Positions 36,097 to 50,537 of a stretch of 64,000 nt of DNA are shown here, in pieces. A program made the translations under genes and the position numbers. The stretch comes from Ptychomitrium polyphyllum (lineage: Eukaryota). Numbering within the stretch: the first letter of the stretch is position 1; the number at the start of each line of letters is the position of its first letter. Below the pieces are notes generated by a model, which did not search any database, had not been told where the DNA came from, and was given only the letters and a program-made list of their open reading frames with translations. The stretch covers positions 4,030,001 to 4,094,000 of the forward strand of contig OZ316775.1 of the NCBI GenBank assembly GCA_973851085.1, in the 5' to 3' direction.

Positions 36097-39000
36097 TTAC
36101 CAATACCAAGTTCTATCATCATTCACGCTTAGATAACCTGCCATTATCTTCCCCCCTAGTACTTCGAAGACCATCAATTACAGTACACCATGTAGATCCT
36201 AAAGCTCCTACAAAAAAATTCGCATCAGCTGCCATTAATAGGTTTACAAAAGCATTATTAGTGCTTGTTTCTTGTCCAAGGCTACCCTCATAGTCTCTCA
36301 TAGGTGTATGTCCTTCTTGTCTTTGAACACTGGTATAATAAAATGTCCAATTCTGCTTGTATTGCTTTGATGCTTCAATTACACTCTGCACAACGGATTA
36401 CTATTTCAGAAACATATTAACCAAATTTTGCTTGACTTGTTTGTTGTTGAGTAGTTTACATTTATCAAGAAATCACTATATAATGATCAGTTTGGGTTAC
36501 AAGTGAATGGAAAATCAACAAGATTCATTGATCAAATAGAAATTTAAATAATGCTGCATGTATCAACTTTTGTAATATACAAAACTTTGCTAAGACCCTC
36601 ATCCTGTATGCGTTTTTCTGAAATTGTTATATTCAATTATCAAAACCTACAAAAATGTTGTTGTGAGAAATCTCAGCAAGCCAACCTGCATTTCAGTGGA
36701 TAACCACACTTGATGTACATGTGGAAAACTTCTACGAACACGTTTTGCAAGTTTCATGTACACTTTAAAAGGATACAAGCGCATTTCTCTACCCTTATCA
36801 CCTATACGAACATGAATACTAAGCATAGGTCGTGGTATCCACGGCTTAGTTGGAGTCCATACAAATGTCTCAGCACCTCCATTTTCTAAATTTTCATTCT
36901 ACAACAAACAAATGGGTAATGCTTGAATACTAATATTTTGAATACAATATATAATTCTCTTATTTTCGGTTAATACTTATAGTGCAACCTTACATTTTTA
37001 TGTAGTGATAGAGATTCATCAACTTGTTTTAGAAGTCAATTCTACTTTACTTAATATAAAAATTTTAAAAAATTATATATATTATATGTAAAAAACACCT
37101 CTTTTGGCCAATTATTTGGTAAAGTTTTCAATACTAGTTTGGCTACTTCATAACCAAATGCTTCATGACGAGCTTCATTCATCAATGAACATGTGTACAT
37201 GGTTGGAAACCGCATTAAGTATCTCATAGCCTACATTATAAAACAAAGGTCAATGCAGAATGTACACATATCAATATAAAAAATTAAAATTAAAAGTTTA
37301 TACAGTAACATTGATAATGATATCAATTAATTTAAAATTTTCTTTATAAATCACATATTTGAAATTTACAATGCTTTACAGAAAACCAAGTACTTATAAT
37401 TTACTTGAGCTCGCCACCAAATTCGACTAGATTCATTGTGATGGATAAATAATGTTTGTTTAATGTCATGTGTCGGTTGCATACATAACCATGGTTCTCC
37501 CCAATTTCTATAATTCATGAATCTTAAAGTTAGTGAATTTCATATTCATATGGCTGTTTTCAATCATAAATATATGATTTAAAAATAAAACAACCTTAAA
37601 ATAATTTCTTGTCACATTCAAATGGACAAGTTCCTGAAAATACTATTGAGGTTAAAAACACATGTATTTAAAATAATTCAACTATAAATTATAACTAAAA
37701 ATAAAACAATAGTTACAAAAAAAATCCATAAGTATATTATTTTGAATATCATCAAAAATTCATCTAGTAGAAATCGTTTCTTATGACAGACCTCATGTGG
37801 TCTTGTAATGTCACATATAAACAGTAGCAGCATAATATTTGAAATAACATAAACAATATGAAAGAAACTTATTTATTTTTTATGAATTTGAAAGATCTTA
37901 TAACGACAGTTCAAGAGAACTCTTAAATTTTTTTTTAAAAACTGACACTAATATGTATGCTTTTACAAAGTTTTTTACTATTAGTTTTTGAAACGAAAAT
38001 AGATTCTGAATTTTGCATTGCAGTTTTATTTTTTCAAAACGTAATAGTATTTCCAGAAGGAACAATAGTGTTCTCATTACTTTGGAGCAGATGCAAGCCA
38101 TTCATCTTTCCATGTGGTTTGCATTGTGCTAGTGTTGGCTAAATATCCCCAATTCCATGCTCCTTCATCTGATTCAAGCTCTATAGCTCGAGCTCTACAT
38201 TCTGAAGATGTTTCTGAATGAAAATAGCAAGACCATTCGGACCGATCTTTACCTGTATGTGAGACTGTGAGTCCTAAGAATTTCACAACTACATTTTTTA
38301 TATGATATGGGTTATGTGCTTTGTATGTGATTTGACTAAAATCACTGTACTAAAATATTCACAAACCATTCAAATTGATTTGTATTGTTCTTTTGTATTC
38401 AAGCATTTAAACTGTAATGAAATATTTTCTTCTTGTTTCACATCATTAGTTAATTGCTGTAAAGAAATGACGTATAGATATATTATGTATTTACCACTTT
38501 TGCATCCTTTATGGTTTGCACGATTAAAATTTCTCATCACAAAAATTCGATTGTCTTGAATAGCTAATGAGAAGATGCTGCTTATCCAATTCAATTGTGC
38601 GCCAATACCAATGTTTTGTTTTTCCCAATCTACGAGAAGGTATTTTGTGGTATGACTTTTACAATTGTCTCTTGGATGTTGGTGAATCCATAAATCACGT
38701 TGTACTCGACGTGTCATAGGAAGATTATCTTCATTGGCTCCTTCAATCTAAAAAAAAGATATATTAAGATTGAAATTGGAATTTTATTATTAAATAATAT
38801 GATGTTATAGAAACAAAATCAACTTATACAAAGAGTCTTAGTGCAAATACCCAAGGAGGAAAAGGACCCGTTATTAACCTTGCATTGTTTCCCAAAAGAG
38901 AATCTTTATTGTCAGTATCTTCATTTTCATTCCATGAAGAATGCAAGTGCAAATGACCCTTCCAAAGAGGCCACTTTGGTTTTTGGCCAAACATGTCTCG

Positions 39001-39648
39001 TTTATCAAATTTTTCATACATAGCTTCAAGAGCTTTACAATCAACAATATGTGGTGCTGGTGGAACTATTGAGTTGTTTTGCATGATTTTGTGATCATTC
39101 AATATTCTGTTCTTCTCCCATAGATACATCAATTCTGCAATTTTCGACAACTCATCCATGCCTTCATTCTGCAAGTAATAATACACAATACTTCATCACC
39201 AATGACCACTCAATTCTGAAAGTGCTAGAAATCTAAAAACAACAAATATTCTTCTAATCTATCAGACATTGGAGATGTAACACTAGTGTTACAATTTCTT
39301 ATTGTTATTTTTTGTTCATGCTATTCTTCAAAACAACAAATAACATTAACTGTTGTTCACAAGTTACTTGATTCGACTTGGTGCATTGTGATTTTAAATT
39401 ATCAAATATGAACATTTGTTGATTGTAAAAACCTGAACGAATTCCAGCTGCTTCTTTAGTCTCAAAATATTACTTTGAAGCGTCTGCATATCATCTTGAA
39501 AGACTATGTAATTGACTGCATAGATTGTGCACACAACAGTGCAAACAAAAATGTTGAGCACCACAAGGCTTCTGGTGCCATTAAGTCTGCCTGCGAATGA
39601 TCCTAGTGGCATTTTCCAAAATCTCTCACTGCTTGGCCAGAGGCTCAA
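36097..39648 (-). CDS. Alpha-(1,6)-fucosyltransferase-like (GT23-type) type II membrane glycosyltransferase, with an apparent frameshift near the C-terminus
   Basis: N-terminal TM segment (39394-39648). Exons with PFPPW|IEGANEDNLPMTRRVQRDLWIHQHP, GIGAQL, WSCYF, RPMLSIHVRIGDK..VWLSTEMQ (~36686-36898) and NLLMAADANFFVGALGSTWC. About 9 exons; start codon uncertain. Confidence 0.82.
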
Positions 39649-42600
39649 CTGGTGTCATTGATCAACAAAAGCTCCAGAATTTGCTGTAGGAACAATATTG
39701 TATTACTTGCATCCATGTTGACAACTCATTAGTTGCAGTAGAGTAAAAAATCCATTGTCTGAAATCAACAAGTGTCATCAAGCGCACACAATGACCACAA
39801 ATGGCCATTTACCAAATCTAAAATCAATGCTAATTTCCAATGAGTAAGCAATCAAAACACTTATACTTTTCCATTGTTTATCTTTAGATGATGACTTTAA
39901 TAGTTAACAATAGGTTTTTTGGATTTTGCTTTCAAACCCTAATATACTTTCTTTTTCTTTCAATGCACTTCCATTTTCTATGAGTGTTAGTTGCTAATAT
40001 TTTATTGTAGTTTTCATTCTAAGCAAAGTCACTTTGTAGATTAGAGAAAAAATGTTTAATGCATTTTAAAAATTGCATTATCAAAAATAATAGAACCTTA
40101 GTGTTTTTTGGGATTCCATGAAATAAATTAGATCAATAATGATTACAAGTATTATGTTTTGTAGCCATGCATGAACATTGAGGCAAACAATATATAATTT
40201 GATTATAAGGGGAATAGTAATAAAAGTGATATTAATTTTTTTATTGGAAAATAATACCACATTTATAGGATTCGTGACATTGTGCATGCAAACAAATTAA
40301 TTACATATAGTTGTGAAGATAATTGTTCATATAATAGCCAATATTTATAAAGTGGAACAATAGGAGATGAAGGATGCTAATACTCATTAGTGTATAGGAC
40401 CAACAAGGTTGAAAAATGTAATATAGAAGATATTAGCAATTTTCAATTATATTTTAATATAGAGTAAACAAATGTACATAAATCTATTGTATATGAAAAG
40501 CAAATCTCATTTTAAATGACAAATGTTAATGCATCCATTTTTTCAATTTATGTCTTAAGCCTGTACTCACAAAATTTGAAAAAAATAAAATAATATTTCC
40601 TTTTATAGATATGTATGTGTTTTATATGAATTAAAATTTAAAACTATGCTATATTTTTGGAGTGACAAATTCATTTATCTATCAATTAAAATCTTTCCAA
40701 GAAAATTCCTTAAGCAAACAATCGTATAATACTCGTAGTTACAACAATCAAATCAGCAAACTAAATTAAGGAACCTTTTTTAGTTTTGTTAGCATGGAAA
40801 AATACAATAATCATAATCAAAAACTAAATATGAAAATAAAAGGAACGTACATGAGTAATAAAATTGGTGCAGCAAGTGACTTCTTCAACCAAGTAAACAT
40901 TTTCTCTACTTAACTACAAGAGCTGTTAAGCTAAAGGAAAACCTAGTTTTTATATTCAAAAAATTATTTTTTATTTTTCCATAAAATATGATATTATTTT
41001 CATGTTTAATGATAAAATTAAAGATGGAAAAAGCCAATAAAATTAACTGTGTTTATTTTATACAATTCAAATTCTAAACTTTGTCTTCTACATTTTTTTA
41101 GTTTTTAGATTTACCTTACAGTGGTGCTTTTGGAACCGTAAAATTGGGAATATTCTTATATAAATATGTAATGTATAAATACTTTGAATCTTGTTGATAA
41201 TTTCTAAACTAATATGACATTTTAAAATTTTCTTTTCCACTTGGGTATAGATTTTTCATTTTCAAAATTCAAATACTTGCAAACTCAAAAGAAAATCAAA
41301 AAAGCATTAGAAATTTTTTAAACTATTATTAAAAATAAAAAAATCTCAATGAAAAATCCATAAAACACTTCACTTGAAAACCTAATTATTATTATTTTTC
41401 AAAACTTAACCTTTCAATCCATTGCAAATATTGTATATTTGATATTCTTATCTTTTTATGCAATGTGCTTTGCATTAAGACCTTTTCATATTGGATATAT
41501 ATTTTAAAACAATTATATTTATATATTAATATGAGCTTATAACTAGAATTTTTAAAAACTTAAAAGTATTGTAAGTGTAATTTCTCTAGCTTTAGAACAT
41601 TTATAGAACTTTGATTTGGTAATCTTTAGTAAATGGAATAATTTTTGAATTGGGACATTTAAAATCCAAGATAATAAATTTAACAACTTATTATTTTATC
41701 CAAAATAGTAGCAAGGTTATTATATATGGAACTTTATCAAACCAATTATTTTATGCCAAGATTTCCTCACTAATATATACATGTTATTTCTTTTTATTTT
41801 GCTAATGTTCATTAGCACTTGAAGGTGCCAATCATTTGCAAGGATCGGTAAGTTCCAAATTGATATACTTTTTTAAATTTTTATTTAACCCACTAACAAT
41901 ATTATGTTTTTATCGATTTGGTTATTACGATTTCACTTTTGGTAAGCTTACTATACATTATATTTTCATCTTTGCATTTCATGCATAATATTATGTCTTT
42001 TCAAAGTATAAATAATAATACACCCCAATAGTATCTTTCATCCTCATAAAATGAAGTGCCACTTCAACTCAATTCCAAAAGTTTGACAATACCTCTCAAA
42101 TTCCACACATTAACATGTTTGCATATTTGTGCACCATGGTGTCAAATGATCTCAGTCTCCTTGCCTACTAGTCCAGCTTCATACACCCTTCAGTAAGTTA
42201 TGTTTCATTACAAATTCCAGTTAATTGACCATATTCCGACAATTTGCTTCTGTTCTGCATTACTCAAGTAAGTTTTCCATGAGCCTGTCCAGTATTGGGT
42301 TAGACCTACCTGCATTTTCTGATGAGCTCGAGCATTATCAAGCTGCACATCTGAAATAGCAAGACAATATCATGGGATGGCCATGACACAATGTTGGACT
42401 GAAGATAGGCCTTGGAGCAGCTGCACCTGGAAATTATCCCTGAAGGGCTTGGCTTGCACTAGCTTGGAGAAAGAGATGCCGGTGGTTCAGTATATGCATT
42501 AGCATCCATTTCATGTGCAAAGTATCAAATTCTTTTTAATGGGGAAGGTATGTACATCAAGAAAAATATATCTTGTGTCACTTTGACATGGGGTATGCTA

Positions 42601-44054
42601 CTGAAATAAATGTATGTCACACCTTGCATTAGTTTGAAATGATCTTTAAAATGATATCTGACTGATGCATCTTATTCATCTAAACATTGTTAAAATGATG
42701 ACAATAATTTATGTTGAGTAAAAATGACATCAACAATTAAAGTGGAAGTGGAACTAGGCATTCTTGGCAGTGACATGAACCTTCAAGGATTCATGCACTA
42801 AATGAAGCATTTGCTTGCATATTAAAAAAAAGAGTTGCATTAGGTTTTTTGTTGTATTAATATTTATAAAGAAAATCTCCTTTGTTGTTCTGGAATGCTT
42901 TGAAAAGAAATTGTTTCTTATGTGTAAATAAGCCTTTTCCATATATCAAAAGCAAAAGGCTTCTTCAAAGCTATTCTTCTCTGAGATATAAGAATAATAA
43001 GTTGTTTTTGTATCAAAACTTCATTGATGACCTTTCTCAAAAACAAAATTGCATTTACATATACAAAACTATTCTTCTTTTATTTTAGAAAAATAAATTT
43101 TTTTTCCTTCTATTTTAATTCTCCTTATTGTTTTCCAATTAAATTTAAGAATTTCATTATGTATGCAACTTCTTCCCTATTAATTTTCAACACATACCAA
43201 TATTTTTTATTATTATAAATTAGTAATTTAAAGTTATTGGGCAATAAAACAATGGTTATTTTGTGGATTACATAATAAGAAAGGAAGGAAGAACAATAAA
43301 TCCAAGAAGGGAGAAAAAATTAATTTGGAAGGAAGAAAGACGGAAGGAATGAAAAAATCACAAGGTAAGTAATCCATATATATGGTATTTAGCTTCTACA
43401 TTGATTTAAAAATCTTAATTTTAATATCAAAGGTTGAAAATCAAAAGAGAAAAACTAAACTCTAACAAAATGAGTAACAAAATGAGAAACTTTGCATAGG
43501 AAATTCAAAAAATGCTAAAAAAAAAGTTAAATCTATAAATGAAGGTTTATTTTTAAAGTTTAAACCTTTGATTTAGTTTGAAGGAATGTGTACATAAATC
43601 ATTAATCTACATTCATGCCTCCATGCATTCGCCCTTTCATTTACTGCCATTATTACTGGGTGGTGAAATCAGCTAGCACAGTGCACAACTAACTCCCTAT
43701 TAGTTAAGACAATTTCATCCCACTGAAACATCCGGTGGTGTGTGTATACCTAACATACTGTATGTCTGCATCGGGTATACTGTAGGCGGAGGCCGGCTTA
43801 AAACTGCAACTTGTGGTACGTACACGTTACTGCAACTCAAAAATATAAATAAGAATAATATATATAGTCAATTTCAACCTACTAGAATGAGGTCTTGCAC
43901 ATGTTTTCATCTTTTTACACGCGGCGTGCCTTCGCTACTCCCGACTGAATGGGAGTTGGTCGGTAAGTTGACAAACGCAGGAACTATGGACAATGAGCGA
44001 GCTCCCGCGAGTCTATGCAGCAACTCTGGATCTGTCTGTGCATGCTGTTGTAGT

Positions 44055-44154
44055 NNNNNNNNNNNNNNNNNNNNNNNNNNNNNNNNNNNNNNNNNNNNNN
44101 NNNNNNNNNNNNNNNNNNNNNNNNNNNNNNNNNNNNNNNNNNNNNNNNNNNNNN
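44055..44154. other. Assembly gap (100 N)
   Basis: Run of N characters. Confidence 1.
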
Positions 44155-45339
44155 CCCTAGAAAATTCCAGTTCAGATTCAGTGATTCAATAACAGCGAAT
44201 TTGTATATGTAATAACTCAATCCATAACGTCGTGCAAGAGAAGAACCCTTTTTCACAATGGGTGGTATACTACAAATGTATTGATTCTAAGAAGCGCTAA
44301 TTTTGATACCTGATTGCCCATGCACACAAAATATATTGAGCTAGAGTGAATCTACTCTGAAAAATGGGTGACCAACAACATTCTCTGGCATGTAGGATTA
44401 CCTCAGTCCTCACCTCAGTCTGTTATGCCCGGCCCTAAAGAAGTGCTCATAGATTCATGGTGAGATGGAAACACTTATTACTTCCATAGAAGTTTTTGAT
44501 GCAGAAATTGCTATGAAATCTCCAATTATTTCCAAGCCAGATATGAAAACAGAGATTTCCTATAATAAGGAATCACAAAAATATGTTATTTATAATAAGG
44601 GTTTTTTAAAATATAAAATTTCTTAGAGCTTTCAAACCGTGTGTTAATAATTGCACTCAAACTGGAATGAATTGCTCCATACATTGATTTCTGGACTGGA
44701 TAACTGTTGAAATGTAAGTCACAGCTTTTCTGTTCTGAGACGTACCAAGTTACTGCAAGTTACTACAGGAAACTTGATCCCTGCGCACTTTAAGAATGTC
44801 TGGCATTGAATAGTTCCATGTTTATAACTATTCAAGGAACTGTGGAACCGACTACAGACTAACGGCATTGTATCGACTTCTGGGTAGCAGATCATCATTA
44901 TTCTGAAAATGTTTGAAATCGAGGTACTCCTTGCTATTCCCTCCACGATTTCCACAGGGACGCCAACATGGAGAATCGTCATATAATTTCCAACTGAACA
45001 GATTCAGAGAATGGAGTTCTGTAAAATGTATCTAAGGTTCCAGACGCAGGCTTTGTCATACAGACTAGAAAAAGGACGTCAGCTAACTAGAAAGATGAAT
45101 AAATTACCACTGATCGTGTCCATGACAGATAAACAGGGGCGAAATATACAAACATCTTCAGAAGATATTGAATTTAAAATGTGTACCAAAACATCTGCAC
45201 ATTATGCTTCAGCAGAAAAGAATTCCATCTCACTATAATCTTCCCGAGAAAATATACGTCTCAAATCCAGTATTCCAGCTTACACCAATAAACTAATCAT
45301 TACAGATTGCACAAGAGGACTCCTTAGCCGCACCACTTT

Positions 45340-46224
45340 TTAGTTAGAAATGCGGTCAGCGCCCTTCTGAGCGTCCCTCTTCACATCGTCAGCAGTGTCG
45401 CGGGCAGAGTCGCCAGCATCCTCAGCCTTCCTCTGCACGTCCTTTCCGACATCCTTCGCCGCGCCCGTTGCCTTGTCGGCGTTGCGCTTCACGGAGTCCC
45501 CGGCATCCTCCAGCGCATTTTGCGCCTTGTCCTGAGCGCAACACAACCCCATCCATCTCAGTAACCGACAACTCGCTTCACTCCTCACACTTCTGCTGCC
45601 CACACTCTGGGCGACCAACCACCACCTCGCTCCAAAATGCCACACCTCAAACCACCGGACCCTGGACGACCCACTCGGACACTCCGACCACACCGCACAC
45701 GCCTCGCACCCACGTCACAAAACGGCAGACACACTTACACCAAGGTTCTCCGCCTCGCCCCGAGCGTCCCTGCTCGCATTCTTCGCACTCCCCTCCACGT
45801 CCCGCCCTGCGTCCGCGGCCTTGTCGCCCAGCTTGCCGGCCTCGTTCTGCGCGTCCCGGCTCACGTCCTTCGCCTTGTCCTGCGCCTCGTCCGCCTTCCC
45901 GGACAGATAGTCTCCAGCGTCCTCCAGCTTGCCCTTGGTGGCTCCCGCGGCGTCCTGCACCTTGTCCTTGGCGTATCCCGCGGTCTCCTTCACCTTCCCC
46001 ACTGCGCCTCCCACCGCATTCTGCACCTTGTCCACCGCGTCCTCCGCGCGCACCACCACAGCGCCTCGGGCAGGCGCCCTCGCACTCACACCGGCATGGG
46101 CCACGTTCAGCCGGAACCCGCCGAGGCGGGAGGCGGACCCCAAGTGCACTTGGCTGGCGGTGGACGCCGCATTCAGAGCCTGCACCCCCGCAACGCTCAC
46201 GCTCGCCATCACGGTACTCGCCAT
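45340..46224 (-). CDS. Plastid-targeted late embryogenesis abundant (group 3/LEA_4-like) protein, copy 1
   Basis: Exons 46224-45739 and 45531-45340; intron GTAAGT..CTCAG. Ser/Ala-rich transit peptide ending VVVRA, then A/K/D/E-rich 11-mer-like repeats (KVKETAGYAKD, KAQNALEDAGD). Confidence 0.9.
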
Positions 46225-46467
46225 TGCTGAAAGAATTGAACTGGACACGCTAATGCGTTACTACCTCGAATCCAGAAGATTATAGCTGAACGTAAACCGA
46301 CGCTGCTTGCGGGAGTGACTAGCCCTGAGAATGCTACTGCAGAATGGACAAAGTAACAGGATTAATGATTCTTGCTGCTGAGTTGAGGCAAGAACTATAT
46401 AGTGAGTGCGAGTGAATGTGGAACTGACGGCGTGAAGTCTCGTTCTAAAAGAACATGAGCGGAAGCA

Positions 46468-46545
46468 GCCAAGTGTCGTGCCTGTATGCGACCAAGCATA
46501 TTACCACGTGGTACTGTTTCATCGGACAGGCTCGATTTCACGTGA
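46468..46545 (-). promoter_or_regulatory. ABRE/G-box module upstream of LEA copy 1
   Basis: GCCAAGTGTC at 46468-46477, CCACGTGG at 46504-46511, CACGTG at ~46540; TATA-like TATATAG at ~46396-46402. Confidence 0.65.
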
Positions 46546-47899
46546 GATGGTGGATGAGGGGCCACAGTTGCAGAGTAATTTCGTCGAAAGAGAAGAGAGA
46601 GGACAAGAAGGGAACTGAAACCGTGATTCGTTAGGCCGTTCCACGACCAGGCTTCGCTGCTTTGATGGCAAGGCTGGTCCATTTACTCCAGTTTGCATGT
46701 ATTTTTGGAAGCAAGTTACACTCCATTGCACATTCCAGAATGTTTTTAGGGGCGCCTCTTAGATATACATCAGGAATGACCATCTGCCTCGATGAATGTT
46801 TCGCACTTACAAATTGTTTATTCGTCCTATTTTATGACAAGGGATCATCACAAGTCGTTTTGGCTGCTTCAATTCGTTATAGGAAAGCTTGACATGGGCC
46901 GTCAAGTTTGCAGATGGAAGTCGTACGTTTCCAAGAGTTGCGAGCATCATATTCTTGATGATTAGGATCACCTGCAACTGGCAATGGTTTTGTAATGTTG
47001 CATGTCGCAGTTGAGGCCAAATCTCCCTGTTCACAATCCTAAACCCTAAAATACTTACGACCTCATTCTTTACTAAACCAGGACATCGTAGGCGGGCAGC
47101 ATGAAGCTCGAGTGAGATATTCAACATTTGAGATCCTCTAAACGATCCTGTTCTGAAGCAAAGAAACGAAATGGAGGATTGGATTCACACCTTAGCAGCT
47201 TGGGTGTTTTAGTCGAAACTAGGCAAGCTGGCAGCTTGATTTGCACCGGGTTATAAATCAGAAAGTTCAAAATCAATTTCAACCGTCTGTTTGCTCAACT
47301 TCAACCGAGTAGAATCGAGATGGCTTGGCAGAGATGGGGAACTTTGCAGGAGTCGTAACTTGTCATCATGTATACAAGTTGTTTGAAATGCAAATGAAAT
47401 CGAGCTTTGATGCTGTCTGTATGTGCTCTTAATTCTGTGGTTTCACATTCACAACAAACTATCTTTGCTCTCTAGGCTAAGCTGAATTTCTCTGAATCGT
47501 TTGAGGAAGACCTGTTGCTAGAGCCTGGATACTTCTCTAAACGAGTATACTTTCTACTCAATGAGCACTATTGGTCAGGTTCTATTCTAATGAACTAAAC
47601 TACCACGCTAGCATGTCTTATTATTTCAAAATCTCCAATTGTGGCTTTCATGATGAGTTAGCTCTTGTAGGAGACAAATGAGTATTGTCTGCTTACTCCT
47701 CCTAATCTAGCAAAGCGGAACAAATTATCCATCTGCACTGAGATACGTGGAGTGGTTCAAAATCCTCTTGCATATCTTGCTAAGTCGTATATTTTCAATG
47801 TTGAATACGAGCCTCATCCATGGAATGCCCTTGCTGAGTAATTTTGAACTCGGTTCTGTAATCATGGTTCGGGTTTGTCATCTGACATAGGAATCAAGG

Positions 47900-50537
47900 C
47901 TACCATGGGCCATCAATATAATGAAGACCTAAGTAAGGCTGTGCTTCCTCATCCGTGAGCTCTTTAGCCCACTGAACTCGACCTGTTGAATTGGCTCCAC
48001 TTCCAGTGCATCTGTACTGCCCAAAATATGCAGTTCTGCGTACACAAGTAAACATTTTTGAAGTAGTAGATAAGCAACGACGTTTGAAATAAAGCACTGT
48101 GGAGTGATGTAAGAGAAACAACTAAACTTTAATTTTTCAGAAATCTGCTAATACTACAGTCTTCAGCCTGCAATAACACATCCTGAAATAATTTAGCAAC
48201 CTAATTTAACAAAAGGGGTGACCTCATCTCAGAATATATTTGTACTAGCATCAAAAATGCTGCTAAGCTTTTAGACCTTACCTATCCCGTTCTGGCAAAC
48301 CCCAGTCATACCAGCCTTTGGGGATAATATTCGCATCCATTTGGCAGTAGGAGTAGACAACAGTTGAATATTGCCCCCATGCACGGCCAAGATATGGCCT
48401 ACCAGTGCCAGTGATAATGCAGCTAAGAAATGAGTAACCAGATGGTCCCATGATGCTGCCAGGGTAGTACTTGCCTTGAGCTACCAGTGCGCCCCCGTCG
48501 CCTTCGGCAATTGAATGCAACCAGCATCTCTGGCAAAAGAATGCACATCTTAATCATTCTGTCTGCTTCATAGTCCATTATCAAAGATTAATTTAAGAAT
48601 ATCATCTCACATAGTCGAAGCTAGCGGGTCATGTAGACACAGATCTAGAACGATTTGATTATCAAATAACTAATTCACCCTTAGCCCTTATCTTGGCTTT
48701 GGCTTCTCCCGTTCGAATCGAATGATCAGATGAGAATCAAATTAGTCGTCAGGTCGGACTTTACTGCAAACTAGAAAAGTTTCCAGGAAGTATTAAAAAA
48801 ACGTCACGATGTACATTCTAACCAAGGTTGCTAGGTGAAGAGACCACGAACCTCAAAAAGAGATCGAGCAAAACCGAAGATAAAATCCTCGGAACCTTCA
48901 ATGAAGCACCCCAAGTAATAATGGCGACCTTGATGGTCATACAAAGTGTCTTGGTAACCGAAGAAATTGCACCTGTACAGAATGGCCATATCGCCTGATA
49001 TGCGGAATGCCGCTGCTTGCATGTTCATTTTGTTTCGTGTTGGGGGTCCCGCGGAGTTCTGTATTTCAAGAATCACACAGGAAAGCCAAGAGAGAAAACG
49101 GACAGAGAATTAAAAGCCCTGTGCCGGGGATTGCTCACTTTCGATTTCTCTTGCTGCATCGGGGACTAAGGATAGGTATCTAGTGGGCGACCTGAGGATA
49201 AAGTAACTTAACGGTTTCCGCCTCAGGTAAAAGACCTCTTGCTTGCGGCTACAGCACGGCGTCAGATGGTGATTTGAGCAATTTTTCTACTCAATCTCAC
49301 ATGAAGAAACTAGAGCTTGTAATCATGTATTCTCTTTCTAAAGCCTTTGAAACATTCAGAAACGACCTTGAGATTAAATGCATTTTCACAGAGAGGGACA
49401 AATGTATTTTCTAAGAACGTAAATCTGTGCGTTTTGGAGAGGATGAATGATGAAGTGCATTAATTCTCTGGCTGGACACCCGTATTATTCAGCACTCAGA
49501 GTAGTAGACGTGGAAAATAACACTCTACCTGTTAATAAGATAGTTAGATTCATTCGCAAGCAAGCTGCACCTCATTTAGATATGCGAGGCTCGACGATGG
49601 AACTTGGCAAAGAGGATTAGTTTAATAACCTCAGAAGTCATCCACTATCATACAAGCTTAACATACCTTGAATGCGATATCTCTGGCGACAAAATGGTCG
49701 GATTCGACGACGACTGAAGCACTCATTAGAGTACCCGCAGCGGCCGCAGTGTCATGCCATGTAATGATAGTTCTGTTACGACCTGCTCCTTGCAAGGTAA
49801 TGTACGGTTTGGTTTTGGGAATTATGACCTTCTCCCTGCGCACAATTTCATGAAGAATTAGAGAACTAAGTCTTTTAAGGTGTCTCACCTGATGGTTTGA
49901 GACGAAGCACGACATGAAGCCCGTCACATCATCATCCCCGCAAAAACTTCTGCTACTTCAAGTCAATACCATAGTGCCTTCCTGCGACACTATCGTACAA
50001 ATTCCCGAACTAGTGTTTCAATCACTGGAGCATGGATCCCGCTTATATTAGGGTCTTAATATCACCAGCGAACAAGAACGTGAAATAGGCTTAGCAATGA
50101 AAACGTTTGACAATCGCTTACTTATAAACTCCACTTGTGATGTATATGATGGTCCAATTTGTGCTGTATTCTGGCACCTGATCAATAGCATCCTGAATAG
50201 AGCGGTATTCTCCAGTTCCGTCCGCGCTTATAACGACGACTGTGTTGTCGCCATAGTCAGCAAACTTGAAAATTCGCCTCCAAGCTGTTGAATTGGACAC
50301 GCCGAAAGTAGCACGACGGTGGATGTGCTTGCTTCTCGTGGCTCCACCCTTCGTCACGTTTTGCTTTCCACCATTCATCAAAGCAATCTGGGATCCACGT
50401 TGTGATGTTCTGAGAGTACTCTCGGGTCCTATTTCTAGGGCCGCAGTATGTCCGACTGTGTAAATCATGAGTACACATACGAATTGCACGAGAGAAAATG
50501 TTCTCCGGGCAGAGGTGCTGAATTCTGAAGCTTCCAT
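47900..50537 (-). CDS. Pectin methylesterase (CE8), no PMEI pro-domain
   Basis: Exons 50537-50122, 49835-49667, 49058-48852, 48529-48282, 48035-47900. Motifs GVYKEKV, QAAAFRI, QDTL, DFIFG, YLGRAW, GWYDW. N-terminal signal/TM segment. Confidence 0.95.

Noticed and set aside
41800..42550. Exon-like fragments with GTAAGT/GTATGT donors
   Set aside because: Stops in all frames tried and no family recognised; possibly a gene relic but unsupported.
45468..46285. Long plus-strand ORFs (261, 197, 118 aa) and their twins at 62198-63140, plus the 292-aa minus ORF 62539-63417
   Set aside because: Shadow frames of the GC-rich LEA genes; Pro/Arg-rich low-complexity translations with no independent support.
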